A DNA stretch of 58,434 nucleotides, filler included, from Sphacelaria rigidula (Eukaryota), in NCBI GenBank assembly GCA_964200075.2. It is 5 parts of 5 records of this genome, joined end to end, with 100 filler letters (N's around TTAATTAATTAA, not from the genome) between each part and the next. Parts side by side here need not be neighbours in the genome. Positions count along the whole stretch, not along the records: positions 1 to 11,608 come from CAXNAA020004715.1; positions 11,709 to 23,315 come from CAXNAA020004716.1; 3 more parts are not named here. The stretch is one strand, 5' to 3'. The notes under the pieces are model-generated. The model did not search any database. It was not told the DNA's origin and saw nothing but the letters and a program-made list of their open reading frames with translations. Made by a program: the position numbers and the translations under genes. Positions 1 to 13,015 of this stretch are shown here, piece after piece. Within the stretch, counting starts at the first letter, position 1, and the number at the start of each line of letters is the position of its first letter.

Positions 1-691
1 GCCTCTTGGGCAATCAGGCCGAAGAAATCGTGGATTTGGTGATTCTTAGTCGTGATGATTAGTTCTAACCGTGCACAATTTGTACTCGGCTTTCGGATTT
101 GTGCATTAACAAAAAGGTCTGCGCACAGAGCACATACAAATATTCATAAAAACGTTGCCTTTTCTACAGTGAACTCTCGGCAATACTGCCCGGTGACTCA
201 AGCGGGGTTGCTCTTCCGTTGACCGACCGTGGGCCCACGGGAAACTATTAATCGCGAGTGACACCCCCTTCGCTCGATGATCAAACGTAAGAATCGACAG
301 GAAAGAAGGGCGAAGAAACACTGCGAAGATTCTACTGTACAGAGTGGGGGACGACAAACGACCTTTCTTATCGTAGAAATACGCCGGACCCCTTGGGTGC
401 CCACTTCCACATATATACGAAACCTTGATCAACCGCCGGAAACACCGAGGAACACCTGCTGTGGGTAAACAAATACACGGAATCAGGGGTATGAAATCAT
501 GCAGTACGTCGTATGTTGCTCTGAGAGGTGGGTGCTGACAAGCAGAGAGAAGCTGCTCAGTTGCAGCGCCGGAGACAGAAGTGTTGAATATCGGACGGTG
601 GTATTGTCCGGGAGGGAGGTCAGCATCAAACGCCCCCCTACACGGTTAAAAAACAAAGTTGTTCACGTTTCCGTATTCTGTAGTTACAATG

Positions 692-917
692 GATGCCGCG
701 ATAGTGCCCCCCAGGAAAGTGGCTGGTTTGAGGGGGGCAAAGTGCCGATGTAAATCAAGATGATAAATGCCGAGCACACCGAGCAACCAGGAATCCCCAC
801 GTTTGAGATCGTTTTCGCCATTATTTGCTCATGTGAGGTGCTTCATGCAGTGTGAAACCAGCTATCATGCGCTGTAAGACCCTTTTCTTCGTGGCAGGTT
901 TCGGGCTGGTTTCAGGC
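692..917 (+). repeat. Dispersed repeat family C, copy 1
   Basis: 692-820 aligns by eye to the reverse complement of 27106-27238. 831-917 (gcttcatgcagtgtgaaaccagctatcatgc...) aligns to 2582-2680 and to the reverse complement of 27010-27105. Confidence 0.7.
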
Positions 918-1477
918 GGGGTTATCGCGGCATTACTCTTGTCCCATTCCTCAACACAACGTATGGCGTGTAGAACATGGTATCCGTAATCGTTTTTTTC
1001 ATGCGCCATCAAGCAGGACAGCCAATGCTTCGTCGTTATCCAACTGCACCTATCATTGATTTGCCGGCGACGCGATACCTTGTCACGGAAAGTGAGATGC
1101 TTTCACGACACTGAGGCCGTGTCTCAGCGGGGTAAAATTAAATCCCTTTGTTGTATCACATTCGTCGAAAAATAGCGTTAGCTTGGTTAAATCAATGTTA
1201 ACAACCTCTCCACTAACAAGACATTTTCTATATAGAGCGTTTTTTGTTCAAGATTGACCTTCGAAATATCTTACAAGACACCTTACCCTCCGGGGGGAAA
1301 CAGTTTGATCATAAGGACCATATCGTACGGACCACAAGACGAGCTGTACGAGAATGTGCTACAGATCTAAGACACAATCGTACATCAGCTTTCGAGGTCC
1401 ACTGTCTCCCGCTGAGCAAAGTATAACTCGAGCCAGAGCTCTTGATTAACGAGCACGATTTTTTCTGTCTGGGCTAA

Positions 1478-1580
1478 CCCTTGGACCGCGGTGCGGGTAG
1501 TCCATCTGGTCCAAACATACTTTTTCCTAGTGAATATTGATGCCGATTCAGCAGGTGACCTGCCCTCGCGGTCTACGAGT
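1478..1580 (-). mobile_element. ~100-bp piggyBac-like MITE, degenerate copy
   Basis: Reverse complement of the unit at ~5157-5258 (shared gaccgcg...gatgccgattcagcaggtgacct...cgcggtc). Confidence 0.65.
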
Positions 1581-2254
1581 AAGGGTCGAGGTTCATTATC
1601 GAGTGCTTTTTTCAGACAGCTCAGAATTCTTGAGGGTTTTCGGACTCCGTGTTTAGACTTCTCCGAGAAAGGAGCTGCTTGATTATTTCTCTGAAGCTTC
1701 ATTTTCGGACAAGTCTGAAAAATTCAGACTACAACGCAGCACTCTGGAGAGCTGCCCTGCGAATACGCCGTGGCGCTCGCAAGCATTTGAGAATTATCGG
1801 GTGCCACCGACAATTTTAGCTATCTCTGAGAAAACAGTGTCGATTATAATGGGCGTTAATCGCTCAAAAATCGGATGAGATATACTACCTATTAGGATGA
1901 TCTATGTCGAAGATACATCGAACGAAACCCACACACAGGTAAAAATCGATTCCTTGGAAACTTCTTGTCGCGTACATGGCCGCCCCTCCTTCAACACTGA
2001 ACACATTCCTGCTTAGACAAGTATCGCTGTGTGTTGAGAAAAGAAAAGGCTAGCGCCAGACGCAATGGTAGCCCTGCTGCAAGTGTCTGTGTTTGTTTGT
2101 ACTCCAGTGTAGGTGCGGTGTGCCATACGGTCGTACCTCAGTAGAAGAAGCGATACCTTCCAGTACAGTGCAGCAGGTCCTTGTGCTACTACGAGTAGTT
2201 CAAATGTAAAAAAACGTAGTTGGAGCTGATATGAGTACGGCCGAAAGTAGATCT

Positions 2255-2362
2255 GGAGGAAGATGTGCACATGCGTATTCATCCTCAACGAAGAGTCGAA
2301 CTCCTCATGGGGGAAGAGGTGTATGTGTGTATTGATTCTCGACGAAGATTCGAACTCCTCAT
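2255..2362. repeat. Two-copy tandem duplication, 54-bp unit
   Basis: ggaggaagatgtgcacatgcgtattcatcctcaacgaagagtcgaactcctcat is followed by gggggaagaggtgtatgtgtgtattgattctcgacgaagattcgaactcctcat. Confidence 0.75.
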
Positions 2363-2581
2363 CGTGAGCAGGAAAAGCTCGCACGAAAAAAATCGGACAT
2401 CAATTTTCGTCGTGGGCGCACGTTAACGTGGACATGAAAACGAAACTTGAACTCGCGCTGCTCCCTGGGTACCCTACTTTTGTGAATTTCCTGGTAGTTT
2501 TTCACGGCGCCCCGCCCGCGGCACCACTGTTGCTGATGCTCTGACTGTCTCCGCAGGCTTCCTGGTGAACATGCCCCCCCG

Positions 2582-2680
2582 ATGTCGCCCATATGTGGGG
2601 AGCTTCATGGAGTCTGAAACCAGCTATCATGCCCTGTATCGCTATTTTCTTCGAGGCAGTTTTGGAGCTGGTTTGGAAGC
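2582..2680 (+). repeat. Dispersed repeat family C, copy 2
   Basis: atgtcgcccatatgtggggagcttcatggagtctgaaaccagctatcatg matches 831-917 and the reverse complement of 27010-27105. Confidence 0.65.
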
Positions 2681-5056
2681 GCGCTCGCGCGGGAGGGGAC
2701 TTTCGTGGCGTCACTCCAATGATGAATATGTGCACCTGCTCGCGCCTCAAACCCCAGACAGTAGTACCCTGACATTGGTATTTTGTCGCATGTACCCTCC
2801 GCCATAATAATCGTGCATGCCGTCGATAGGCAATTAATCCTAAAGAACGCAATTTATAATGTGAAGATACTCCGAAGCTTTGGTCTCAAACGCACGCAGC
2901 AACCCTCAACCCCATATCCATAACCCTAGTACTGGGACAAAGCTAAGGGCGCGCGCTAAGCCCATGACGCCGTTAGTGGCAGAGCTTAGGCGGGCGCCAA
3001 GACGCCGTCTTGGGTATAAGGCGCGTTGAATTTATACCGCAACCATTCCTGCCGATAATATCATACAACTACATCAGGGGCATTTCTGCGCAAAACCCGC
3101 CCGAGATTGCTCGTATATATCCCGCAATCGCCGCAATACGGGTGCACCTCACCTATCGTGGGCGTGGTAGTGTACATACATCCGTATGATCAAGCTCTAA
3201 ATTAAAATGTTGTAGTGCGTATTTGATCTTGAGAGGTATAGCGCCTGTGACGAGCTTTCAGTTTTTTCCACCAGAACATCACACCTGTACCGTACATTGC
3301 TGTGTGCCCACGCACTACTGTAGCCTTCGATCGAGCTAAGGTGATGGAACTCGCACGTCTACTGGTGTAATGAAGTTCGGCAGGATATACATCAGCATAC
3401 CCACCAAGACATAGCCGTATCTATCTGCACGCCAGGCTGCTTGTGTCTCCCCAACGCTCGAGATGCGTTCGACGAGACGCACGTAACAGGTACCCGCCAT
3501 TCACCACTTACTGCTACACTCTAGGATTTATGAGCATGATATCTTTTAAATCGGTCGTCTGTCGGCGCTATATTATTGGTATATATTTGTTGTCCCTGGT
3601 GTGCAGGGGAAAGGCGTATATTATCTGTGGTCGCTTCAACTATGCAAGAACGGATTTGCATATGTGTATAGACAGCATGCCATCGTGGAGCGGAACATCG
3701 ATATACATTGGTCTCTCCCTCTGCAGGCATAGGCCAGGATAAACAACACCGACCATGTCCTACCGTGCACGTGTTGATGTACAGTACAACAGTATGATAG
3801 AAAATAATCGCGGTCGAAGATATAAAATGAGCATATATGGCAGACTGTATCTCCGGCGAGGATTGCACTGCTCACTGCTCAGTCTACTACCGCTACTACT
3901 GTAATTACTACTTGCGGAAACATGGGGCCGTCATGGTCGGACAGAGGCGCGGATCCGCGATCGGTGTACAACTATGGCAAATCTGCAAACTGGGAGTGCC
4001 AACCCCAGTCCTGATGACCCGCAAAATAAGCGTGCAAGTACTTTCTGCACACCTCTGCACACCGACCATAATCCGGACTGCAAAAATCTACAGCGTCGGG
4101 CAAGGGCTTTAAATTTCAACATTGGGAGGGGGGGGGTGACGAGGAGGAAGAGCAGACCAACATAGATGGGTTACTTCTCGTTGTAAATAAGAGCAAAACG
4201 TTGTGCGGAAGTCAAGCGAGACGCGAAGCTCTTCAGGTTACCGCGCCGCGTATACTGCCACAAGCAGTGTCTCATACCTGTTCAATGGATCTGCTGGAAA
4301 ATTCTGCCCTCTGAGCCATGGTTGCTGGTGAAACTTCAGTAGTGGTGGAAGCTGGGGGACGTGACCGCGGGGCGGAGATGGGGTGCGCGCGCGGGGGGGG
4401 GGGGGGGGGACCCGACCGTTGGCTGATGGAAATCTTCAAATCTTTCTTCGAACCTTCGATCCCGTCAGTCGTGTAGAAGCGTTGAGCTCTCTTCGCTGTT
4501 GTTACTGTTAAAGGTACCCCAACTCGATGGTCTTGCTCAAGACAAGACAACGCTCTTGCTGTGCGAGTGAAAGCAATAGTCAAGTGTGCGTGTGCTAACT
4601 TGCGGACGGACTGACGCAGCATGAAGGATGTGTCTGGTACAAATCCAGAGTATAGTCGTGGTGGGACTTGATGAAGAAACAATGTCTTCGGTGACCGTTC
4701 GGCACGGCTGGTATCGTTTTTTTGGCTGCTCTGTTTGGCTGGTGAGATCTTATGTGATATTGTAGGAACTCAAGAAAACGCAGGAACGCCAGAGACATTA
4801 TCCACATGGTTGAAATCAGTGACCACATATATTATCAACTCTTACTTGGATTAGGTAGCCGTCATAGGCGCCTTACATGTGCTGCTACTGTCTGTGCGTG
4901 TATATGGCCGTGTACGGCAATCCAAACCTTATACACGCATACCTCACGATGATGGAATACTGCGGAGTAAAGCGACAATGATAGGATTATTGCATCGTGA
5001 ACGTCATAATAACAAGCGAGGAAAGAGCCCACGGCCCCTCAGAGAGGCAGGCCGAT

Positions 5057-5364
5057 TTAACCCTTAGAGCGCGAGGTTAGTCTTATGTCGAATCGGCATC
5101 AATTTCAAGTTAAAAAAGTATGCATGATCCCGAAAGACTAACCTCGCGGAGACTAACCCTTTGACCGCGAGGGTAGGTCACCTGCTGAATCGGCATCACT
5201 ATTCACTTGAAAAATCTAAATGTGATCCAGACGGACTAGCCGCACCGCGGTCTAAGGGTTAACCCTTCGACCGCGAGATTAGTCTTTCTGGATCATGCAT
5301 ACTTTTTTTCACTTGCAGTTGATGCCGATTGAACAGAAGACTAACCTCGCGGTCTAGGGGTTAA
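5057..5364. mobile_element. Three adjacent ~100-bp piggyBac-like MITEs (TTAA-flanked)
   Basis: Units at 5061-~5149, ~5157-5258 and 5263-5360. TIRs CCCTT(A/C)GACCGCGAGGTTAGTCT...AGACTAACCTCGCGGTCTAGGGG. TTAA at 5057-60, 5259-62 and 5361-64. Unit 3 is inverted relative to unit 1. Confidence 0.75.
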
Positions 5365-7184
5365 GGATACGGTTTACATTGTGAGTACATCAATACCTGG
5401 TGATAACGTTCTTTCAAGAAGGACATCTTGCTGAAATGTTGCCGCGTCACAGTAGGGCAATCGTCAACATGCCCAAATCCCGACGGAAAGGTCCGCTATG
5501 ATTCATGTTTCGTTCGAGAGGGGGCATGCTGGTGACAAAGCGCTCAATTGCAACAGCCAAGCAATACGCCGTTTTGAAGGGATGGTGTCATAAATGGTAC
5601 CTTGACATCCGTCTTTCTGGCTTGCCATTCACCTTTCTTTCCCCGCCGATGCTGCACATCGTAATCAAATATGAAGTCGGGATTATCTTGCCAACAAGGC
5701 GGTGTATTTGGCGTGGCACTGCATTAGTTTCACCGTCTGAGCCCATACAGTCAGGCATCTGAGTGCAGAATGATATGCGTTGTTCAAGTGGAAGTGATGC
5801 CGATTCAACAAACAAACTGTGTCCAAGCCGCAGGCGAGAGTATTGATTGACATACGCTTGGGCTCACGACGACTGCCTCGCAGCCAAAGATTGGCTGGAT
5901 TGGGATAAAACGAATGAACAATCTACGGAGCCGCACCCGACGGCCCGGCAGAATACCGACAGAGCATCGCGGGAAATGTCGGGTGCTATGATATACTAGC
6001 CGGAAGGGGAGGCGGGGTCTCTGGACACCGTCGTCTAGAAGAAAATGTAGGCGGTAGTGTCGATAAACGGAAGGGAACATTTATTTGATGTTTGATCGTG
6101 TGTTTTCCTTCTCGAATAAAATATAAGTGGTGTGGAAATTGTGATGTTTATGGTTGTCTGTATTTCAATTGTCAACCAAGATCGAGTGTGCCTCCCGCGG
6201 TGGTGGTGGTGGTCCTTCAGATCCGTTTGGGTGTTTTCCGCCAGACACGTCTTGGAATACGTTCATGACCCCCCCCACTCACTTGAGACATTTCAAAGGA
6301 AGTATAGGAGGAGCCAGAGGGACTCTGTATGCAAGAAAGAGGAATATACGTGAAGGTTCACCTTCGCTCCGAACACCTTTGACTTGAATCGTGCACTTTA
6401 ATACTAAACGTTTGGCTGTTGTATATCGTTGTCTGTTTCTACTCCGATACTTCACTGAATGAATGAATGAACCTTTCGGCCGTAAACTCCCTTCCTGTCT
6501 GTTTTGGGCTGATGACAATTATGTTGATTGTGGGCATTGTCAAAGAATAGCACTGTTTCTTGCAACAGCAGGACGATAGTGCACATTGTAGGTGCAAGCA
6601 CAGGACGTTTATAGCTAAACGACACGTGAAAATGCAGTACAGTAAGAAGCACAGACAGCATGCGCTCTGTGAATGCCGCCCCACCCAGGCCCGCACCTTC
6701 ACCTTAGCCACCCCAAACAATGTGGCCAACACGGGCAGGCACGGCACACCCCATCCTCACCATTCTTGTGACTACTGATGAAATGTACGTACAGTGTGCT
6801 GGTACATCGTGCGTGTGGGGGGGGGCTCCCCCACCCTCTCGTTTTCCCCACGAAACTTCCTTCAGCAGTGCAGTTGCAATCAAGATACCCCGGTATCCGA
6901 TTTAACTTCAAGTTTGCAGGGCGTGAGAGGAGCAGAGTGTTGGTACGCTCGTACCTCCGTTTCTTACCGTGTGCGCTTCTACTCATGCTGTGATTTCCCC
7001 CCCACAGCTACCACTGCAGACTGTGCGCTGTGTGTGTGTTGTTGCCATCTCATCTATTCTGCGCTCCTGTCCGCACCTTTCGGTACATATATGTGGGCGC
7101 ATCAGTCGGTGTCAATCAGGAAGGAGCGACACAGGAGTTCTTTCTATTTTGTTTTATTATTCCGCCTTCCTTCTGCGGTACTTC

Positions 7185-7275
7185 CCTTTTTTGTACTCGC
7201 GAGAGGGGCTGATCAGTCCCTTTCCCTCATCGATCGTGACGTCAAACTTCGTGTGCCCACTGTCTGTACAGTCTT
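7185..7275 (-). repeat. Fragment of SINE-like family also present at 55455-55630
   Basis: Reverse complement gtgggcacacgaagtttgacgtcacgatcgatgagggaaagggactgatcagcccctctcgcga matches gtgggtacacaaaattcgacttggtggtcgacgagggaaagggaccgctggttccctttcgcga at 55551-55614. Confidence 0.6.
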
Positions 7276-10200
7276 TGCTATTTGAATCATATATCCATAC
7301 TTGAGCACAGTCGCGGTTCAACTTATGTATGTCGGTCCGCTCGGTCATACTTGACCACAAGAAGGACGTGCAAATACAGCAATCTACGGACAACTGACGC
7401 TGTTACTCCCCGACAACCGCGTATTAGGACAGCAAAGATCGCGCGGTAGTGCCCTGCACCTTTGTTACATGTGTACGCTTGGCCCTAAATCCCCCTCCCT
7501 TTGTCTCACCCTCCACATGATCAAAACTAATATGTGCACTGACAACACTGGGTGAACAGTGACACGAGCTGGAGGACGAAACGTTCATTTCATGTCACGG
7601 CATATCTTCATATCTTCATATATAACCAAGGGGAGCCAACTTGTGCCGTAAAGATCTCCAACTCCGAACAACAACACTTGCATTGAGCCCTGTGGTGGAT
7701 GGCAGCTTGGTTTCATCGTGACACCGAATCCGAACAGTAGCTAGCTGACCTTTAGAATGATCTTGCAACCGAACGACCGTGCCGCAGAAGATCTGGTTCG
7801 TGTCCAGTGTCACTCTTCTGATCTACCTCGTAGTCTTCAGTCGCGGGTCTGAAATTCATGGACAAATATATCGACGAAAAAACCGCAACAATCCTGGTTC
7901 CTCCAACAGCGAACTCTGGCCGTGTCCTGACTGTCCTGCGCGCCTGACAAGTCACCAAGATCCAAAGTCTTCTGCCAATTAGCATTTGATACGGGTAAAG
8001 AGATATCTTCGGCTCTACTACTGGAAAGGAGCTACCATGGCAAGCAGCGAGGTCGAAAGGATGGGAGGGGGCGAGAGCGGTACAGTTCCGCTCAGGGCTA
8101 TTCTGATGAAAAGCACAAAGCGAACGCTCGATATGTTTGTGGGTCAAGAGGGAGCAGCGCCACCTACTTTCATGGCCAGGTTAGAGAAATTCCACCTTTA
8201 CTGGGTTGTTGCTTCCTCGATATGTGTATCAAGTGCTTTTGGGTGGTATTTCTGTTGTCATCATCTTGGTGCGGTAAGCTTATTTGTGCCTGACCCTACG
8301 TGGGATAGCACCCCCTCAGCTGGGGCCCTTGGTTCAACGCAATTGAGTCGACAGCTTGTGAAGATTGGTAGTGTCAGGAAGACCAAGGGGCCGAGTCCAG
8401 ATGCTTGATTTTAATTGCGTTCTTCTTTTTTCGCTTCCCTTTGTTCCATGACGGCCGGTGTTTCTTGTTGATTTGTGGCACCGCGGGGTCCAGCTGTTTG
8501 CGGGGGCTAAATACTGTACCCGCTATACCGAAACACGGCAGTACTGGACTTGGATCGACGGTGTTGACGGCGATCCAGATGAACAAAAATACGCTCCAAG
8601 TGATTGCTCTATATAACCTTGGTCGTAGGTATACGCGTTTCTAAAATGCTACTGGTATATGTGGCGTCACTGTTTTCAACGACAATCGCGTTGCTGTTGC
8701 TTACGTCGGCAAACATGGCCTTGAAGCTCGCGACGACTTTCTGATAAGGGGTGTTATACATCGTATCGCGCTTTGCCATACTTCTGTGTTGTACTCTACT
8801 GTACGATAGCACCGCATTCATGCGAATCCTAGTCGCAGTTACCCTGTACTCGAGGCCAGGTCTGAATTAGATTACGTAGACGAGCGGTGGCTTCGCTGGA
8901 GGAATAGTATTTTGTTCAAGCGGACGCTGGGTGTTCGTACCATGAAGATGTGTCATCTTCCGTTGCTCTGAAAGAACAACACGAACGTACACCAACTCGA
9001 CAAACACGCCAGGCGGGCATGTTTACAAGCGTCGAAACTGCGCAATCTCTCCAGACGCCGTGCTGCTCACTTGCTCTTTGTAGTTCTGTACAGCCCCGCC
9101 CGTCTGCACTGCACAGTCGGCATTGGATTCGCGCGCTTGGATGTGCTGTTTATGCTGGACGACAGTTGTGCTGCGGCTAATTGTTTGACGACCGATCAAC
9201 ATAAAAAAAATTCCGGTGCCTAAATTGAGAATGGAAACGGTTTTTTTCTTGCGATCTGGGTGGTTTTTGTGTCTTGGGGAGGGGGCATCGAGTATACGCT
9301 TTGCGAGCTAAATTTAGTGTGCAAAGGCACGGAGCCCCAGCCCGCCATGCACCCCCATCAGCCAACAACAATTACCTAGCTCGTCACCGATACCTTCTTG
9401 TGCCCCACTCCTGCTTGCGTGTTCTCAATGGGAAATGTAGCGAGATGTTGTCGTTTAGATGACACTAACCTTCCGAAATATTTGAATGGACATGGCAGTT
9501 TCATTCATGCCCTGAAAACCTAGAGGTCGGAAAGGTGTAACGGTCTCGCGCGCTCTAATCCTTGTTATAGTGAGTTAACCCACTTCTCGCCACCGCAAGA
9601 CGCAGCTGTTGTTTAAGAAGAAATATCGTTGCATTTGTTGGTGGTCGCTGCTGCCAAGCAATGATCGTCGCTTTTTCACATGTGTTCCCCGCGAATCGTC
9701 AAGACGGCTGCAACTCTGTGGTAAAGCCAATACTTTGGATCCAAACGCAAACATACGAACATGTAAACCTATCTCGGTGTTTACCACCCCCTGATGATGA
9801 GCATTTGGGGTCCAAACACTCATCACCCGGAAGCATTTTACAGAGGGTGGTAAAAAGCGTACCTCGGAGAAAATAACCGAGGCCTTAAAACCCATTGGTG
9901 GTGTTCGTGGGGCTAGGTAATACATAGCTTACGGTTGGATGAAGATCATATCTCCGGAGCTTGCGTCACTTCTTAGCCTGGCATCTTCAACAGTTCAATC
10001 TGGTTTTTTTCTCTTCTTTGTGCCGCATTATCCTCTCTTTTTTTTTTTCACTGTTCCTCTCATTCGTGTTTCATCTCGCGTAGGCCGTATCTTATCCATA
10101 CAACGAAAAGAGGCGGGGAGAAGAGGAACAAGCGTCCAAAAGCAGCACGTTGATTGATCTCTGGGCGGGTGGGGTCTATGGTTGCGGCGACTAATCAACA

Positions 10201-11542
10201 TCTTGTTTTGAGACGCGTGTTCCTCTTCCCGCTTCTTTTTTCAGTATGGATTAGACAACGGCCTTATCCTGGGCAAGTCTATTTTTCCCACCACCTCTGG
10301 ATTCGTTGCGCGGCAATCGCAGTGCAGTTATTAATCGACGATCTATACATCCAGATACCGTGCAAGGCTTTCGACGCCACAATCCTTCGCTTTGGTGACT
10401 TGCAAATTGAGCGTGTAGAATGGGCTCTGCTCCCCCCCCGTCAGGGTAGTTTATCACAGCTCGTGTCGAAGCAAAAGGCTGTCCGTTCGCGGAGAATGTA
10501 GGCGTGTCGCTGCTTGCCGCTGCAAAGTTGCCGTTGTTGTTGTTTTTCCTTTCGGGTTTACGTCGACGTCAGCACGTCAGCATCGCCTCCCTACCCATAC
10601 CCTTGGTGGCTCCCTTGTCCTTGAGGGATCTGGGCTCACAGAGGGAGTACGGAGAAAGGGACAAGCTCTTCAGTGAACTGCTGGTTTTGTCAGGTCAACA
10701 CTGGTCTGGTAGTGTGACGTCGAGCGCAGTGCAGCGCTTGAAAGGTTGATAGCAAACGCCACAGTCTCCCTCACAAACGCAAATGTACATGTATACACAA
10801 AAAAAATGGCAGACTCGATGGAAGACAATATTCACGCTTTCCGTATTGATCTTCTGCAGTTTAACTTAACGGAGAACAAAGTAAGGTAGAACGCTTTATT
10901 TTAATCCGTGAAATAAAAACAAATTGGAAACAAAGGGTGATGCTCAAACCCACGATTTAAAGCTTTTTGAGCTTGTGGATTGAAGCCAAATAGAACACGG
11001 ATACATCTGATTTTTTTTTCGAGGTTTTTCCTTAACAATCAGTAAAAGTAAAACGAATAAAGTCATGACTTGTGATGAACACACAAGGTGGAAAATTCTT
11101 GCACACATTCAATCTTGTCATGGTTCGTTGAAGAAAGACAAAACGTCGTCTCGACCCCTACCCCGAAAACACGATAGACGATGACCGCCGAAAGTTGCGG
11201 CGCAACCCTCGCCCCGCCCAGTTGCGAAAATATTATATCCTCCCATTTGGGGGCAAGTATGAATCCACTCGCACCTTTGATTACCGGCGTGAAACGCACA
11301 GATACTGATAGACCCTGCGCTAGTTATTTTAATTCGAGAGCCTGCCTTTTAAATTTGAGATTGTTCCGGGTGTCAAGTGACAGGGGAAACGTCCAGCCAG
11401 CTACGAGTACCGTGACACACGCCGGAAATAGTTCACTGTACAGCAGTAGTATGGGTCGTCGTAGGCGATGGTTCTCATTTTGGTCGTTCGTTGATTGACC
11501 ACGGGGTGGTTTTCATCATACCATAATGACGTACATGGGTTT

Positions 11543-11608
11543 GCGCCCCGGTGGTGTAATGGTCCGACTGTCGCCATGAGGGTGGAGAAAACGGGGGTTC
11601 GATTCCCG
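11543..11608 (+). mobile_element. tRNA-derived (Pol III A/B box) SINE-like head, cut by the segment end
   Basis: GCGCCCCGGTGGTGTAATGGTCCGACTGTCGCCATGAGGGTGGAGAAAACGGGGGTTCGATTCCCG, with A box TGGTGTAATGG and B box GGTTCGATTCC. A second diverged copy lies at 24183-24258. No canonical 7-nt anticodon loop. Confidence 0.65.
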
Positions 11609-11708
11609 NNNNNNNNNNNNNNNNNNNNNNNNNNNNNNNNNNNNNNNNNNNNTTAATTAATTAANNNNNNNNNNNNNNNNNNNNNNNNNNNNNNNNNNNN
11701 NNNNNNNN
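11609..11708. other. Artificial scaffold-joining spacer (N44-TTAATTAATTAA-N44)
   Basis: Seen directly. The same 100-nt spacer recurs four times, and TTAATTAATTAA gives stops in all six frames. Confidence 0.98.
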
Positions 11709-11953
11709 GTTGTCCCGCTAATTTGCTACCAGAGTAAAAACTCACACTATGCAAGCAGCCAGGCTGTGCATATTTCCAACAACTTGTGTTGCCGTTGACC
11801 GCTGACGGCGCCGCAATCTCCGAATATCTCCGAGACCAAATTTCTCGTTGTCCACAGACCAAGTTTGATATCCAGCGAGAAGGCTTTCTTGACCTCCCCG
11901 TGATGTCCGCAGCTCGTGGTGTACACGTTTAAGCGAGGCTCATAACCTGAGAG

Positions 11954-12419
11954 TGTGAAGCGTCCTGCAGCTGCAGCGGTGCTGTGCTGCGTGTGCTTTG
12001 TAGACTGCGTAGCCTACCGCGGAGGATTACATTCGGGTCACGGTCTAATCCACCAGAGAATTCGACTGGATAAATGAAGATGTTTATTATTGACTGACTC
12101 CCGAAGTCATGTTTCCGCTGACGGTGATGAAGAAGAGTAGCAGTAGAGGAGTGATCAGGTGGGCGAGCACTAAGTGTGCGAGCCTACCGATCAGCTAATG
12201 AACTTCCAGAACTTCCACACGTCTAGAACACTCGCGGGATACTACAACCGATAACTCCCGATTAATTCCCCGACAACTCGTTCTGGAAAGAAAATGTACC
12301 GCAGAATGTAGCGCAGAATATTTCTGGAACACTCAAATGAGATCTTGCTTGTTTACGATAACCTACGATAGATAGTAGTCGTTACCAACGACTGACATTG
12401 AATAGTCCAACACTCCCCC
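11954..12419 (-). mobile_element. 3' LTR plus polypurine tract of an LTR retrotransposon (Copia-like junction), remnant
   Basis: The minus strand reads ...GGGGGAG|TGTTGGACTATTCA... (PPT 12419-12413, LTR start 12412). AATAAA lies on the minus strand near 12083-12088 and a candidate ...CTTCACA end at ~11954. No pol ORF is visible and the left boundary is approximate. Confidence 0.55.
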
Positions 12420-13015
12420 ACACACACAGTATCCAGAATCATCTAGATCTAGGAAGAACGTTCTGGAAGTGTTTCCACAAGAATTCAGCATACTTACAGC
12501 AAGCTCTACGGAGATACAGCAACCCGTGTACTAGTCAGACCCTTCTCTTGGTTGCACCTGTACTGCTACTGTTGTTACTGCCCAGACTGAGACTAGTTGC
12601 TGCAATCGTCAACAAAGGTGAATCTGTGTCTGATTGCTTGCATTCATACATACCATTTCTTTGACACTAGACTCTGGCGGCGCTTTGGCTAGTGCAAGTC
12701 CCGTGAACCCTCCTGAAGGGTGAGGGCATGGTACAGTGCGCACAGTTTATGAGAATATGATTGTCGGGCGAATGTCGTACCTACAGACAAAACGCATGTG
12801 TGAACGGATAACGTGGTGGGATATAGCGGTGCCCGTCCTGCGAAAAACCTTAAAAAACTGTAGCGCATCCGATTTCTGAAACCGAGTCGGCGCCATCTTG
12901 TTTCCCTGAATGAACATGCTCAAACTCCTTGTTTTCTGCATGGAACAACAAATCGTGCGACTTGAGGTTTAACTCCGAGATGAGGTTCAAGCCTTAAACA
13001 GTGCTTTCCCCACAC

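Noticed and set aside
2565..2807. ORF 2565-2807 and similar ORF 821-1012 as paralogous genes
   Set aside because: The shared sequence is a dispersed repeat also found in an ALIX intron (27010-27238), and the frames are not conserved.
11653..11664. TTAATTAATTAA as a biological motif (also in the three other spacers)
   Set aside because: It is a synthetic six-frame-stop linker embedded in N runs.
11709..12995. Exon-like minus-strand frames flanking the LTR (LNLISELNLKSHDLLFHAE...; KKAFSLDIKLGLW...)
   Set aside because: They are short, stop-interrupted and have no recognisable homology.
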